Notes: a model not told the origin generated them from the sequence alone. Shown: positions 22,861-35,268, counted from the whole stretch's first letter. The stretch is DNA of 63,365 nt, filler included, from Globobulimina sp. (GCA_003354225.1; 50 parts of 50 records of this genome joined end to end with filler, not necessarily neighbours in it), one strand, 5' to 3'. Program-made: numbers and translations.

Positions 22861-23861
22861 GGCTTTGAAGTGGTGGGACGAGAGGTTGTCGGTGACGAAG
22901 TCGTTGGAACTGATGTCGTTGGAACTTTTGTTGTAGGACGGGATCTGTTATTTGCATCAAAACAAATTATAAATATTAATCAAAGTAAAATATGATATAT
23001 GTTTTGCATACGTTGTGGGATTAGATGTAGTCGGAGAAGATGTTGTTGGCGCAATAGTTGGCATTGCCGTCGTGGGTCTGGCTCTGTTGTTTGTGTCATA
23101 CATAATAATTATGAAAAAGTCAGATAGTTCCATACGTTGTCGGATTGGAAGTAGTGGGAGCAGCAGTCGTTGGAAGTGATCTGTACAAAACAAATACAGA
23201 ACATTGCTGATAATAAACAGAAATATATATATACGTAGTCGGATTATTGGTTGTTGGATTTGATGTGGTTGGTGTTGCTGTCGTAGGATTGAACGTGGTC
23301 GGATTAGGTGTCGTAGGCGCCGCTGTTGTCGGAGGTCTGAGTATGGCAAAGTGTAGAAAACAATTGACAAATATGCATATATGTACGTTGTTGGTGCTGG
23401 TGAGTAAGGAGTTGGTATTTTCTTCTTGCCGGGACATTTTGGACCTGTACATATGAAGCTTCTGGCGAGGTTATTGCGAGTATCTATGTTGATATTCTTG
23501 CAGGCGTCTTTACCACTTTCACAGTTCACAAAACAGTCTCCATTTACTGGGCAGATCACGGTTGCGTCTTTGCAGGAACTTTTACCGGAACAAATCACAG
23601 TGCATGCATCACCATCTCGACATGTTAACGTATCATCAGTGCATTTGTTGGAATCACAACTAGATTGTATGTGGGGGCATTTTAATTTAAATATATATAT
23701 ATATATGAATTGCAATTGTAGTGACAGAACTTTAATGTGCAGGATTGCCCTGTGTTGGCTGCATCGCATGAACAATCTCCACCATTGCATGTAATATCTT
23801 CTTGAGAATATGAGTTGATTATTAGTGCTAGTAAAATGATTAAAATTAAATACGAAGACAT
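22861..23861 (-). CDS. Secreted Cys-rich plus PTTxx-repeat mucin-like protein, 3' partial; introns 23730..23660, 23386..23337, 23234..23181, 23135..23084, 23011..22945
   Basis: Signal peptide MSSYLILIILLALIINSYS; five GT-AG introns give one continuous frame. Confidence 0.88.
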
Positions 23862-24130
23862 GGTTTTAAAAGTTTATTTTTTAACTACGTTTTTTTTGTT
23901 TTGACATTAATTTTGTGATTATATATCAGCATACAATTAATGGCGGATATATTTGAAAATATAAAATATTAAATGAAAGCTATGTGAATAATGGTTGGAG
24001 ATGAAAGAAATTTGTATTTGATATGTCACANNNNNNNNNNNNNNNNNNNNNNNNNNNNNNNNNNNNNNNNNNNNTTAATTAATTAANNNNNNNNNNNNNN
24101 NNNNNNNNNNNNNNNNNNNNNNNNNNNNNN

Positions 24131-24673
24131 TATTACAGCAATGAAATATTTGATAAATCACCAGATGTTATCAACATCAATAAAGAAGGAGAGATTGTAA
24201 GTTATTCAACGGCATCAATATCGAGAAAAACAGTTTATGGCAGGAAGAGAGTGATTCTTTCACCAATGATTTATTCATGGACAGTAAAGATATTACAAAA
24301 AGGAGAATATAATATGTATATTGGTATTGATTCATCCAATCGAGAGCATGTTGATGCAGATTTTGCAGATAAAGCTGATAATCCAAATTATAGTTACAGT
24401 TCAACTGGACGTAAATGCACATAGTCAAATATTGAACGAGGATATGATTATGGTAAACCATACACAATCGGTGATGTAATAAAAATGGAAGTGAATGCCG
24501 CAAATAAAACATTAAAATATTATTGGAATAACATAGATCAAGGAGTAGCATGGACTGATGTAGAGTTAGAAAATAACACATATTATTTTGGAATCTCATT
24601 GTGCTCAGATCAAAATGACATTGTTTCCGTAAAATTAGAGTCATTTGAAAAGATTTATTGTAGAAATGTCTGA
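24131..24673 (+). pseudogene. B30.2/SPRY domain gene, apparently frameshifted
   Basis: YIGI, YG.PY..GDVIKMEVN..NKTLKYY.NN.DQGVA...YYFGISL motifs broken by frame changes. Confidence 0.6.
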
Positions 24674-24761
24674 AGTGAACCCGTTTCTCCAGTATTAACA
24701 ACCTTGCTTCAAATTAACTAATTAATTTTGTATCAGAACTCCATCATTTGACATAACTCAT

Positions 24762-25300
24762 ATGACAGAACAAAAATCCGTCGAAGGATTGCCAGTATAT
24801 TCTGATTATAAAGCACCATTGGAATTCGATATTGCAGTAAATCGAAAGGAAATAAGTTATGGTGCTTATAATCGCAGTGCAATGTTACAAAGTAAAACAT
24901 CTTGCACAATAAGAGGACCATTTTGGAATCATGGAAGACATATTGTAAATATATATATTGCCAAAGCAAGTCATGTTGGAGTTGGCATTGTCAATAAATT
25001 ATTCAATGCATCGCCAGGTAATTATTTGGGTCAAAATGAAAACTCATATGGTACATGGGATAGTGTGGTAGCATTGCATCGTGGAGCTGGTCCCTCCAAC
25101 GCTGTTAAACATGCCATTAAAACTAAAGATGGTGATGTTGTTACAGTTGATGTCGATTTAAATCAACGGATATTAAATTTTGCAATCAATGGACAATATT
25201 TATCTGATATACCTATTTTTAAAAATATACCAAAAGAGGTTGCAATTGCGGCTAGTTTGTGGACTTCTGGAAATTCTGTCGAGATCTTGCAATATACGCG
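24762..25300 (+). CDS. B30.2/SPRY domain protein, nearly complete
   Basis: HVGVGIV, YLGQNENSYG, GDVVTVDVDLNQRILNFAINGQ, AASLW..GNSVEI. Confidence 0.85.
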
Positions 25301-25400
25301 NNNNNNNNNNNNNNNNNNNNNNNNNNNNNNNNNNNNNNNNNNNNTTAATTAATTAANNNNNNNNNNNNNNNNNNNNNNNNNNNNNNNNNNNNNNNNNNNN

Positions 25401-26569
25401 AAGTGATGACTCAATTAATGACCATTTATGGTATGCTGATTTGACAAATGAGATCAATGCGCAGTATGTAAACATCCTAAAATTAATCGACAAATACGCA
25501 GTCAAACCAGATGATATTACCATTACCAACATAATTAAGAACAGAAGATGGTGCAGAAACACTTTATTTCAAATGAGTAATGAAACCGGATGCGATTTGG
25601 AGCCACCTTCATGGATAAAAGAGGAAAGTTGGAAGAGGATGATTGATTTTGTTGTGGCGGATGATTGTATACAAAGTATTGGCAAACCGTTTAAATCGGA
25701 TTTGATGTATGATGAGCAATCTGTTTTTATTACGCCGGTGACATTAAATGGAATCAATCCAAAATTAGTTGTTGGTGATGCGGCATTAAATTATCCCTCA
25801 ATGAAATTTCAATATGGCACGATTTGTAAATATATGCTGTTATTGCGGAGCAATTTTTATTATGACTTCATCGCAACGGCGCCAACCTGTGTTTGTGGAA
25901 AGAAATTTGTGGGACATTCTGCGTGTCCTGAATTAGCAAAATATGTCAAGAAAAGAATCAATGCGATAAGACAGCGGTGCAAGAAAGGGAAAATTACACA
26001 GAAACAAGCGGAGATTGAGATAAATAAAATTAAATCGATTAAATGTATCAAATGTGGCCATTGGGGACATGTTATTAATGGATGTAAATGTGATGAGCCG
26101 TCGTGTCTTTGTTGCCATAAATCGCGGCATATTCGGACTTTAAATATTTTAGTTTGCTCGGACTCTTTCAATTTGGTCAAATTATTTGAAAATTTAAACA
26201 ATATTATTACGAATTGGAAAGATATAAATTTAAAAAATATTGATCATTATAAATTAATCCATTGCCAAGTAAACAGTTCATTGGAACTATCGGAGTTATA
26301 TAAAATTATTGACTCAAATTCAATCAATCAAACTGTCCTCAACACAAACACCCAAAATGAAGAGAAAAAACAAGAGAATTTCTGTGCGGCCGTCCTCCAA
26401 AATAATACCAATAATAATAATTCCATTCGAGACATTGACCCAAATACTACCAACAACAATAACTCCGCGCCAATGAGAACCGACATTTTATTACAAACAG
26501 ACCCATCAACAACAACAGAAACACAATTAGTAAACCATGGATTAGTGGATGAAGACTTTGATTCAGCAC
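25401..26569 (+). mobile_element. Gag/ORF1-like protein with CCHC zinc knuckles, probable non-LTR retrotransposon ORF1
   Basis: CIKCGHWGHVINGC (CX2CX4HX4C, 26044..26085) followed by CLCC...H; Asn/Thr-rich tail. Confidence 0.6.
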
Positions 26570-26929
26570 NNNNNNNNNNNNNNNNNNNNNNNNNNNNNNN
26601 NNNNNNNNNNNNNTTAATTAATTAANNNNNNNNNNNNNNNNNNNNNNNNNNNNNNNNNNNNNNNNNNNNCATTATTTAGCTAATAGCTATTATAAAACAT
26701 GGCTGTTTACTTTGTCAAATATTCCAAATTTATGACTCACAATTTGTGTGCTGCTCAGTTCAGTTTTTGCGTGTCTGGACTCTGGAGGCATAATAAAAGA
26801 AAATCCAACTTGGAAAAACCGTCACTTAACTCCTCAACACGTGTATCACCGATTAAAACAAAGCAAACACCGATCGAAAAACAAATTAAAACAATAATCA
26901 AATCGATCAATCTGCTCAGTCAGTCAATT

Positions 26930-27197
26930 ATGTTTATTAGTATTTTATTCTGCGCCTTTGTATTAGCAACGAGTGGATGTGAAGATGTTGGATGGGAGCA
27001 AGTTGCCGGCGCATTAGAACATGTAACTGCGGCGGCTGATGGCACGGTATGGGGCGCAAATGCAGCCGATAAGATTTTTCGCCGTGATGGGACTGCGTGG
27101 ACACAAATCTCCGGAGGTTTAGTGAAAGTAGATGTTGGTTCGGCAGATGAGATATGGGGTATTAATGCAGCCGGTTCTATTTTTCGGCGTTCAGGAG
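26930..27197 (+). CDS. Secreted tectonin/fish-egg-lectin-type beta-propeller, truncated after two blades
   Basis: Signal peptide then two repeats W.Q..G.L..V.......VWG.NA...IFRR.G. Confidence 0.85.
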
Positions 27198-28374
27198 AGA
27201 CACCCATATTTTTGCCCCTTGGATATGCGACAAAAAAATACCACGATATTTTTGTTTGCCAAATCTGCAATTTTTTTGATTACACACGAGCTTTATGTGT
27301 GTATCTCACTATTTTTTTCAGTTTCAATCAATTCCACTCATACATATCCATAATATGCATCGATTTCTGTCGTCTTATTCAGATTCCGTTTCTTAAGAAA
27401 TTTCCTTGCGTTTCCATATAATCCGCCATAAAAAGGCTAACAGAAACCAATGCATTTTTTCGTTAAAAGCTTGGGGGGCTTTTTTTTAATATCAATATTC
27501 CAGTTCATTAGCATCTAAATCCAATGTGGTTCCATTTATATGATAATACAATTTCAAAATAAATAGTTATCGCTCATCAATATAAAAATCCATTATTATA
27601 TCCACAGTATCCATTAGATGCGACTCGTATTGATTTTGAGCGCTTTAGACACATTCCATGGTTCCATGCTCGATTGTGCAGGTTTTTGAGTGGTTCTTAG
27701 ATTTTCTAAACTAAAAAAGCTTAATCTTAATTGCTGAGTTTAAATTTTGTTTTAGAAAATATGCAGCATTTATGCGCAAATCTTAGGATTTTATAATTAA
27801 AGTTGAAATTAGAACCTTGCAAACAAGTTTGATTTACTNNNNNNNNNNNNNNNNNNNNNNNNNNNNNNNNNNNNNNNNNNNNTTAATTAATTAANNNNNN
27901 NNNNNNNNNNNNNNNNNNNNNNNNNNNNNNNNNNNNNNGGGAGTACGTCAGGCAAATGGGGCGTCTATATCCAGGAATCTTTAAAACCGCTGGACGGTTT
28001 GATAATGGATATGGTTTCGCTGTTTTTGAAGTATTTTTCATTTCTTGTTTAGATTGAATTAAATATTGTACATAACAAAATTAAGAAAAGTTAGCGGTGA
28101 ATTGGCGACAGGATGCTGATGTCAGCATGCAAATTAAATGATGTTGCACTAAAAAGTTTTTTATTGTATCAGTTAGCATGAGCGTCGGTAATGTCCACAC
28201 CGGCACATATTAGGTTCTGTGTGCGTCATAAACATGCACCAGAATCGGTATCAGTTTCAGAGAACTAATAACAGAGCTGAAAGATTTGCAAACCCAAGAC
28301 AAAGTTATAGCAAATTGGGAATTGTGGATTAATAATGATATGCATGGTTTCTCGATATGGGATGAAACACCTTA

Positions 28375-29107
28375 ATGATGATCAGTTATCCAGCTTATTT
28401 CACCTTACCATTGCTTATAAATGTTATGTTCTCCATCTGGTTAATAATAATTTGGTCCTGCATTGGATGTGAATATGCATTTTTGCCACCAGTTGTTGTT
28501 GAAACATTTGGCGCGAAATTTGTTGGCGGTGAAGCACCCGCTGCGATAATTATTGTTATTTTATATATTTAACAAATACGTATTCAAAAATACTGAAAAA
28601 GATTGGATATGTCATTGTATTGTTATGGCTGTTTGTACTGCAATATCTACCAACTGCATGTGATGAGATACAACATACTGACAGTATTTTAATATTCTGA
28701 CATTTTTATGATGTGTTCTAGTCAGTGTTTACTTAAGATATTTATTCTAAAAGTTTTAAATGTAACCCTGAAAATGGAACATGTGCTAATTCGTATTTGT
28801 TCCATGCTGTTAGTCTTTTTGATAACGATGGGTCTTTTGTATGCGCCCGTTGAGATCCTTAGCAACGAGAAGTCAATTGTTTGTGATGCATGTGTTGATT
28901 ATTGGAAGGCCGCATTCATTTTGGCATCATTAAATTTTACATTTGGATATTACATTCAAATATTGTTAATTGTTCTTTTTTATGTCGGAGCATGGCATAC
29001 AAAAAAAGGAATGTTGATATTTTCCCGCTATTTGACAATGTCCGGATTGATTGCATCAATTTTTGGCGGCTGCAGTTTGTTTATGGCAGACTCTCCACCA
29101 AATACTT
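28375..29107 (+). pseudogene. Degenerate membrane protein fragments, one MFS-like
   Basis: YAFLPPVVVETFGAKFVG resembles MFS TM10-11; frames are broken. Confidence 0.3.
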
Positions 29108-29207
29108 NNNNNNNNNNNNNNNNNNNNNNNNNNNNNNNNNNNNNNNNNNNNTTAATTAATTAANNNNNNNNNNNNNNNNNNNNNNNNNNNNNNNNNNNNN
29201 NNNNNNN

Positions 29208-29885
29208 ATAATATCTCCTTTTTTTTCTTTTTTTTCCTTTCTGGCCATGAATGGTCCAAAGGATGTCTGTGTAGCCTATCCATCTCATTTCTGATCCTCT
29301 CTTCCTCGCTCTCTTCCTCCTCTCTCTCTCTTTTCCTTTCTTCCCGCCTTAACTTCCATTCATCCGCAATTGAGCCATCCTCATCTTCGCGTAAACCCAA
29401 TGCCTGTCTCATTACCGTGTTTTTAGCTAATTTGTGGGCCGATCGTTGATGGCTATCATTCAATCTGTGGATCATTTAGTCATTACACAGTGTTTTAATA
29501 TCTATTTCAGTAAAAACGGTGCAAGGATAATACATAACTCTTTCTTAGCATTGGAGAGAGAATGTGTGCCGTTTTCAATCTGGTACAGCAATTTCTGTCT
29601 GTATTCGGCGATCAATGTTTCTATTTCTTGTTCAGTTTTGCCTTCGTCTTCATATTTACACTGCTGTTTACAAATTAAGACTTCTATTTGACGTTTTTGA
29701 GTGTGTTCAATGATGGATTTATCGACGCGCAATTTATTTGGTTTGGTAACATGTCTTTTGTTGCGATTGGTTTTCAATCCAACTATAAATTCTTGGCTTG
29801 GACGGGAAATGTGTGCCAGATTACGTTGGATGTAACCATTTGTGCCTGAACCACGAGCTGTTCGGAGGCCGATATTATTGTACAT
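29208..29885 (-). CDS. CWC21: Spliceosomal protein CWC21/SRRM2 (cwf21 domain), 3' partial; intron 29538..29465
   Basis: MYNNIGLRTARGSGTNGYIQRNLA; H..KRQIEV; spliced DSHQ....LAKN..MRQALGL. Confidence 0.95.
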
Positions 29886-30804
29886 TGAACTGAGTCAGTA
29901 AAGATAAATAAAAAAAGTTAAAGACTCAAAAAAAAAACTTGTAAAGTTTTTGGTTTTATCAGATAATAGTAACGAGAATAATCCCTTTATTTTGGTTCAG
30001 TGTCGTGCAATCAAACTGACATTATGCCAGTATGTCACTTATTGGAGATCTTTATTGACTAAAATAGCACAAAAACACAATACAGCTTAGATACTATGTA
30101 GTGATTGGCCGCGCAAAGCCAACCAAAACCAACAAAGAGCCAAGAATCTATCGCTTAAAAGTGTTTGCAAGAAATGACGTGCGCGCAAAATCTAAATTTT
30201 GGTATCACATCGCAAATTTTGATCGATTAAAACGTGCAAATGGCCAAGTTTAGTATTTATAGCGCGTCAGCAAAGAGGATGCAAAAATATGCGATATTGC
30301 GTTGATTGATTGTTTATAAATGAAAAAAAATAAAAAAAAATAAGATATTGGCAATCCATCGAATTATAGATCCCGANNNNNNNNNNNNNNNNNNNNNNNN
30401 NNNNNNNNNNNNNNNNNNNNTTAATTAATTAANNNNNNNNNNNNNNNNNNNNNNNNNNNNNNNNNNNNNNNNNNNNTTTATTTCATAAATCATATCTGAA
30501 TATATGATTCTGCGTCTTATAGGAGTTATCCCTGTACGCAAAAAACTTTTAAGTTCTTTGTCAAAAACCTGTGTCAAAAACAAGATGTTTTTGTAATGCT
30601 TCTGCCTCCGTGCTTCTTGCCTCTGGGTCTATCGCCCCGCAATGCAACTCTGTTGCCCCCTATTACATGTTAATAACTGAATAAATTGTACTTGGTCTGA
30701 ATCTTGTCTAATTATTTCTGTTAAAGTAACAGCTTTTTCAAACATGCTATTTTTTGCCCAAATTTCGCTGTTGCCCAAATTTCATCATTAATTTATGCCA
30801 TGCT

Positions 30805-31645
30805 TTAGTGCCATGATATGGCTTCTAATGTTTCTTCAACATCATGTGTTGTTTTTTCACCTTTGCATGAATATTTTGCGGCATAATTAATAGCAACATG
30901 AAAATCTAGCATAATTTGCATGTCAACGTTAGCTGCATGTCCCATAATTTGACATTTTTCGCATTGGTTTAAATGTGAATCATTAGTTTTAATTAAAATT
31001 TTTGCTCTAATGAATCCTTCTTTGTTTTTGCCAAATGAAATTTGGGTGACTGGATCAATAGGTTTAGGGAAATGAAACCTACATTGTAGTTCTTTTTTAC
31101 CTTTCTTTTTCCGTAAACAACCAGTAGGTCCAACTTTACATTCATGTCGTTGTACTGTCATCAATAGTTTATTATATTGTTCTTCATAATCTTTTATTGT
31201 TGGTGAAATATCACAAAACCGTGTTGAACATGGATGTGGTTTATATGAATTTTTAATTTTTCTTCCTTGATCTGTTTTTTCATCAAATTCAGGACTATGA
31301 TTCATGGCTTTAATTAATTAATTTATTTGCATAATCTTGAATTCTTTTTTTAGATACCACACATTCAATAAGTGCATCTCTTTCTTCAGATGTAATTTTA
31401 TAACTGTCCCCGATGAGTTCTTTTTTATCTTTTATTTTATCCTCAATTTGTTCACCATGAAAAACCTTTTTCGCTAATTTTACTAAATCAGGATCATATT
31501 TTAATTTTCCCATTTCATGAGAATGAGCAGAACCTCTTCCTTGAAATTCAGCTCTAGACCAATACCATTCTGTTTGGAGAATCTTTTTATAATAATATTC
31601 TCTCCATAGATGCATTTTTTTTTGCCAGTATAATGCAACAATTCC
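30805..31645 (-). mobile_element. Helitron Rep (HUH endonuclease) fragment, frameshifted near 31310
   Basis: WYWSRAEFQGRGSAHSH (HUH), VQRH.C...C.....CRFHFPK, ANVDMQ, Y.AKY..KGE catalytic tyrosines. Confidence 0.92.
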
Positions 31646-31745
31646 NNNNNNNNNNNNNNNNNNNNNNNNNNNNNNNNNNNNNNNNNNNNTTAATTAATTA
31701 ANNNNNNNNNNNNNNNNNNNNNNNNNNNNNNNNNNNNNNNNNNNN

Positions 31746-32914
31746 GACACTGAGAATAAATAGACATAGCTAACTGTTGGAGAGGCAAGCACATGCTACC
31801 CTTGACGACAATGGTTTCAACAGCCTGATTATCAGTAAACCATTTAATACACTTGCCAGCGATATGTGGCCCAATTGCTTCCAGGCCATAATCGACCATT
31901 GACAATTCTCGCCAGGTAGATGACATCCGACTCTGAGCAGGAGTCCACATACGATGTGCAACTGTATTCTGTCCATGAAGGATTACAGCACCCCCAGTAC
32001 TGCTGGCGTCTGAATAAACTAATGATTCAGGCAAAAAATCCCTGATAATCGGAGAATCAGGAAGTAGCAACACATTATCTCGCCAAAATGTCAAATCTGT
32101 GATTGCCCCTGTTGTCAGTGTGAGTGAGCGGTCCCATTGATTTGTTTCAAAAATCGGTGATAGACACGAATACAAATGTCGAGTCATAAGCAAAGTAATA
32201 TTCCCAAGAGCCATTCTAAGGCACATAATACTACCGGCGGTTTTTGCAATCTGACGAGCTGTCACTGCTCCACGATTTAGCAGAGAAAGAACATCTGCTC
32301 GAGCACGGGCTCGTTTCTCTATAGGTGCACCGAGCACGAAACGTTTCAGGTCAATGTCAAGACCTAGCCACCGCAACCGATGCGTGGGAGTCCATTGACT
32401 CTTACCTTCATTAACAATTAAACCACAATGTCTCAAATCGGCACGCACTCTGGTAATATGTGACTCTAGCACGGTCTTAGTTTTTGCAGTCAATAATCCA
32501 TCATCTAAATATAAACCAACTCTAATTCCAGCTGACCGCCACAAGCGCACGATTGGCCGTAACAATTTAGTAAAGATATAAGGTGCCGATGCTAATCCAA
32601 AAGGGAGCACAGTAAAACAGAAATAACGAATTTTGCCATTTAAATACCATGAAAAACCTAGATACTGTTGATGACCAAGAAAAATATCACAATGATGATA
32701 GCTAGTTTCTAAATCAAAATTGGCAAGAAAACCGTTTAAACAAAAATATGGTAGGCAGGTTGTTAAATCATCTAATTTAAATTTTTCTTTCCATAAATGT
32801 TGATTGACATAGCGTAAGTCAAGTATAAGCCGTTTTTTACCATTGGATTGTATAGCCACACTAAGGGGATTAGTAACTGTAGCTGGAGATGCTAACTCTC
32901 GTACAAACCCTTTG
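31746..32914 (-). mobile_element. DIRS1/Ngaro-type (tyrosine recombinase retrotransposon) RT + RNase H, open across the contig
   Basis: KKRLILDLRYVN, FDL..SYHH, VLPFGLASAPYIFTK, YLDDGL, YSDAS.TG, SSTWREL, WFTDNQ. Confidence 0.92.
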
Positions 32915-33092
32915 NNNNNNNNNNNNNNNNNNNNNNNNNNNNNNNNNNNNNNNNNNNNTTAATTAATTAANNNNNNNNNNNNNNNNNNNNNNNNNNNNNN
33001 NNNNNNNNNNNNNNCACTTTTGAATGACTCTCGCCTATTAATCATTTACTATCTTTACTGTATTACTCAACCGAATCTTTCTTACTGTATTC

Positions 33093-33884
33093 ATGGCCTC
33101 CACTGTCAACCAAGTGACCCTGAACCCAATTGAGTCCCTTGACAAATCTTTCAGCGATGTCAATGGAATTACTGGCTGCACTGTCTACATACAACAACAT
33201 GAAGACAAGATGGACTCTGACAACTACATGGTCAGTTTATGTCAGACTAAACCCAACGAATCTGAACAAACTACCATCCTCTACCCTCTATACCATTTGG
33301 ACAAATTCAATTCGTTTTTCCATACCATAACTCAAGGATTGCTTCAAGAACTATTCAGTAATCGAAAATTCAAAGGAATCGGACGAAAACTTTTGGTCGA
33401 ATATAAAGACACCAAATACTTCATTGAATTCAAAGGAGGTTATGGAAATCCCACCAAGATTATTCAAAAGAAGGGTCGAGAATCCAAGATTATTGAAGTG
33501 GAAAATGTCACTGGGTTCAGCAGAATGCTTGAAAAAGTTGATCAACATACATGCAAATACCTGACACAACTTGCAAATGAAGAAGGCCGAGATATCGCAA
33601 AAGAACAAGAAGAGTATGACAACAAACAAATCCAGAATGCATTGAAGGTATGTAAACTTTTCTATTGTTAGTACAATAGTATTGTAATGAAGGGTCAACT
33701 CTAACTTAGTCATGTAGTATATTGTAATGCCATTATAGAGAACCAACTCGGATGGGACCTCTGTTGATGCTAAGAAACAAAAAGTGGAAGAAAATGATGA
33801 AAAAGCTTCCACTGATGACAAATTGGTCGTCAAGCCAGAGATAGAAGAAGAAAACAAGAATGAAGATGAAAATGAAAGATCCTG
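33093..33884 (+). CDS. Hypothetical protein; intron 33648..33738 followed by an acidic/basic exon
   Basis: ATG ORF; splicing continues RTNSDGTSVDAKKQKVEE...; family not recognised. Confidence 0.55.
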
Positions 33885-34283
33885 GTACATACCACATGAA
33901 TTCAATATCAGACACAATTTTCATGTTATGAAGTAAAAAGACTACTGATCTTTTGATAAGGTACAATTTGTTGTATTGCTTGAATGTAGTAATTAGCCAC
34001 ATAAAATAATAACTGTACTTTTGAGCTTTACACCGCGATTCTAAACAAATTAAACTTGGAAAAGCAACTACTATCAGGCCATATAAAATCAGAATAATCA
34101 TTCGAAATTGGTGCCTAAAACTTCTGTAATAATGTCATATACTCTGAACATCATAGTGAGATTATACTCTGGCCATCGTTTCTNNNNNNNNNNNNNNNNN
34201 NNNNNNNNNNNNNNNNNNNNNNNNNNNTTAATTAATTAANNNNNNNNNNNNNNNNNNNNNNNNNNNNNNNNNNNNNNNNNNNN

Positions 34284-35268
34284 ACGATTCAAATTCCATT
34301 TTGATGACATCTTAACATTGGACTCCCTCAACACACCCAAACAGCAACAAATACACAAAGAGAACCTGACTATTCTGTCAACGTATTATTATGGTATCGA
34401 CAATGAGGGACATCCATGTTTATGGGACAATGGCTTGGCGTACGGCCAAGCCGACAGAATCAAACATTTGTTTTGTGAGGATAATTATGAGCGAGCCAGC
34501 TATTATCTGTATAGATAAAAACGGAAAGAAAAGAATTTATTTTTAAAACTTAGCTCTCATTTCGGTGTTAAAATTAGTAAATCGTTTTATATCTTTGATT
34601 TGGGAAAGATTTCAGCTTCTGAGTTTTTTGCAAACCGTGCTTTTTATAAATGGCAAGTTCGAACAGTCTCGGAGTCATTTCCTGAAACTATGCATAAAGT
34701 GATTGTTATTAATGTTTCGTGGACTTTTCAAATGCTTTGGGAAATAATACGTCAATTTTGTGATGAAATTACTGTGCAAAAAACAGGTTTGTATTGCATT
34801 TGGAATGAAATGTGTCTTTACAGCAATAATATTTTGTGTATGTTATTTTTAGTGATTTTAGGCAGTGACTATTTGAACGAACTGACAAAATATGTTGACA
34901 TTAATATGATACCTCAAGAGTTTGGTGGTAAAGGAATTTGGGGAGAACCGATACCTGGAGATGTACCGAGTGATTTTCCCTTTCAAATGGATGATATTAA
35001 GAAAGATATGACTGTGCGAAAGGAGTATATTTATAAACATATTAATTATTGTAATAATAAAATAATTTGCTTTGGTGGATCGGGAGATTTTAAAGATGTT
35101 ATATTTGAATTACCAGCGGATAAGGATGTGTTGGAAAAAATAAAAAATGCGATTCAAGATGGAATCGAGCAGAAAAAAGAAGTTATAATTTTGGTGTCTG
35201 GAACAAAAAAGAATGATCAAGGAACAGTATTTGGTGCATATATTGCTAACGATGTAGAAGCGAAGTAA
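34284..35268 (+). pseudogene. CRAL-TRIO/Sec14 domain protein with in-frame TAA at 34516..34518; intron 34787..34852; extra C-terminal domain
   Basis: YYGIDNEGHP, IFDL, FPETMHKVIVIN.SW.F..LW, T..K..ILG, IP.EFGG. Confidence 0.8.

Noticed and set aside
30477-32914. Helitron next to DIRS RT as a composite element
   Set aside because: Separated by a linker; different base composition.
31746-32914. RT as retron, DGR or group II intron
   Set aside because: Motifs and the fused RNase H match DIRS-type retrotransposons.
34516-34518. In-frame TAA suggesting a reassigned genetic code
   Set aside because: TAA terminates conserved genes here (LC8 at 12558..12560) and long ORFs lack internal TAA/TAG; a mutation or error is more likely.
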